Shown in pieces: positions 61,901 to 64,000 of a stretch of 64,000 nt of DNA. Position numbers and translations under genes: made by a program. The stretch lies in NCBI GenBank assembly GCA_013265495.1, contig MU058844.1, positions 7,625,260 to 7,689,259 on the forward strand. The letters run 5' to 3'. The DNA is from Vicugna vicugna. Its lineage: Eukaryota. Within the stretch, counting starts at the first letter, position 1; the number at the start of each line of letters is the position of its first letter. Below the pieces are notes generated by a model. It made no database searches and was not told the DNA's origin. It saw nothing but the letters and a program-made list of their open reading frames with translations.

Positions 61901-61956
61901 TAGGTAAATACATATGATGTTTTTCATTTTGTAAATTCACTGAAAAGAAAAAAACC

Positions 61957-62880
61957 TGGATTTCTGCTTCGAGGAAGATGTAACAGAAGTATTCTTCTTT
62001 ATACCTTTGCTAAGTCCAACTAAGAACTCTGAACATAATATAAAACACAAGTTTAAAACGACTTTGAAAGGTAGAGAAAAGCCAGACTCACTAGGGAAAT
62101 AGGGACACAAGGGGTGACACCTTGATGAGTTCTCTGCATTTTCTCTTTGCCTTCTAATATCACAAACTTGGAGCTGCAGAAGCCAGCAATCCACAGAATA
62201 GGTAGAAAGTTACTATATTTGAAAAAGTAAGATGGGATTTATGTCTCTGACCAACATGGAGCATCAGGGACTGGATTTATCCTCCTGTCCGAAACCACAA
62301 GAAAAATGGGCAAAATACAGGAAACAGTGATTTTTTAAAGACACTGGACATCAAGTGACAAAGATGCTTAAGTGTGCAAACACACACAGAGCTTCAAGGA
62401 AAGCCTGTGTGTTCTAATGACAGAACAGAGAAAAGAGGCAGCCTAGTCAGACAAAAAAATTTTAGACAATAACTCTTCTACTCCAGCCAAACATGAAAGA
62501 AAAAAACAAAACAAAACTGTGGTCACATATCACTGACTCCAGGAAAGGCTGAGTGCAGATCTAGACTTTTAACCTAGTCAGGATATAATGTCATCCCAGT
62601 ACCCCATCCCTCCCAGGCTGGTGCCAGAGAAGCCCAGGTTGGAACCCAGGATTTTCATCCTTTTTAATATCTATTAAAAAGCTTCCACCCAAAGTGGTAT
62701 CAATGAAAACCACCAGAGAAGCAGTAGCAAGAAACCCCTGTCTCTCTCTAGCAAAGGTGATACCAATGGGGGCCCAGAGGGGAGCCAGTACTCCCATTTA
62801 CATGCAACAAGAGCTAGGAAATATTTGTTTGTTTGTTTGTTTGTCAAGAGGTCATGGGGGAACCTTCACTTTAAGGTTCA
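61957..62880 (+). mobile_element. Second old LINE-1 5' end, containing a short copy of the first type at about 62235-62365
   Basis: ggatttctgcttcgaggaagatg start; tttagacaataactcttctactccagccaaac. Confidence 0.6.
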
Positions 62881-63389
62881 TCTCGCATAACAAAGTATTA
62901 CCCTCTCCTTGCCTTATCTATAATGGTCCATGTTATGATCAAGGATTATAATTTGCAAGTAAAGAACTGAGACTTAATCTCAGACTGATCATAATTAACA
63001 AAATTGAGTAGAATCCATTTCCCAGTCTTATCTTGATGGAGGATCAACTTCTCTTTGTTCTCAGAACTGCTGTAGTAAGAGTGAATTAGCATGATGCAGG
63101 GAATCCAAAACCAGAGCATCCAAAACAATTCTGTTATACTTTAAATGCCTATCAGCATCTTCTTCCATCCATTCCCAAGTTTCAAAAAGATCTGTAGATC
63201 TTTATTACAGTATATTCTTTCTTAGATACCACTGGACCCTCTTTTTATAATTGTGGTGTCAGTCATCGAATCGCTTAGTGTTCAAATTATAATTTCAATG
63301 CTCCCTTAGTAGCCACTAACCCCAAAAATGTTTGTAATATCTGTGATTAGTAGGTCAAGTTCAATTAGTTATGATGTATAATTTTGTTC

Positions 63390-63985
63390 CTTTTTTATTG
63401 AGATATACATAATACACAATATTATATAAGTTACATGTGTAGAACAGTGATTCTCAAACTTTCTAAAGGTTATATTCCATTTATAGTTATAATAAAATAT
63501 TGGCTATATTTCCCATGTTATACAATATATCCTTGTAGCTTATTTAGACATAATAGTTTGTACCTCTTAACTCCCTACCATACTGCCCCTCCCCCATTCT
63601 CTCTCCCCACTGATGACCACCCTTTTGTTCTCTATATGTGAGTCTGTTTCCTTTTAGTAACAGTCATTGTTTATTTTTTAGATTCCACATGTAAGTGATA
63701 CCATACAGTATTTGTCTTTCTGTGTCTGACTTACTACATTTAGCATAATACCCTCCAAGTCCATCCATGTTGTTGCAAATGGCAACATTTAATTTTTGAT
63801 GGCTGAGTAGTATTCCATTGTGTGTATATGCAACATCTTTATCCATTCATCATTTGATGGGCACTTAGGTTGCTTCCCTATCTGGGCAAGTATAAATAAT
63901 GCTGCTACGAACATTGTGGTGGATGTATCTTTTTGAATTAGTTTTTTCTTTTCTTTTTTTCAGATGTATAACCAGGAGTGGGTAT
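63390..63985 (-). mobile_element. LINE-1 3' end (artiodactyl L1_Art-like)
   Basis: aaaggttatattccatttatagtt...ttagattccacatgtaagtgat...tggctgagtagtattccattgtg. Confidence 0.95.
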
Positions 63986-64000
63986 ACAATTCCAGGAGTG

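Noticed and set aside
1..64000. CRISPR arrays, operons, tRNA/rRNA genes
   Set aside because: The sequence is mammalian intronic/intergenic DNA; I saw no regularly spaced repeats or structured RNA genes. B-box-like motifs belong to MIRs.

Overview
AT-rich mammalian genomic DNA, probably camelid (alpaca/llama/camel): the youngest L1 3' ends carry the camelid-type tail 'tgctgtacaccagaaattgacac', and I saw no ruminant, pig or primate SINEs. A large share of the window is decayed interspersed repeat: L1 of several ages, L2, MIR, MaLR/ERVL/ERV1 solo LTRs, and hAT and Tc1/mariner elements. No ORF in the six-frame track is a credible stand-alone gene, and I found no intact protein-coding, tRNA or rRNA gene. 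The main non-repeat signal is a chain of about 25-30 small (25-120 nt) exon-like segments on the minus strand from about 60.8 kb down to about 13.3 kb. Most are bounded by polypyrimidine-AG acceptors and GT donors. Their translations repeatedly give EF-hand-like fragments (FDPRG, RYRTDN...FKHFL, FDKRTS, KYDPTGRG, KFDLCYKGRL, CDLLNNGKI, SNDK/GHFCY) but are broken by stops and frameshifts. I interpret this as a decayed, intron-containing multi-EF-hand gene of EFCAB6-like architecture, i.e. a unitary pseudogene candidate. This was recognised by eye and needs profile and ortholog confirmation. Repeat subfamily names are from recalled consensus features, and repeat boundaries are approximate.
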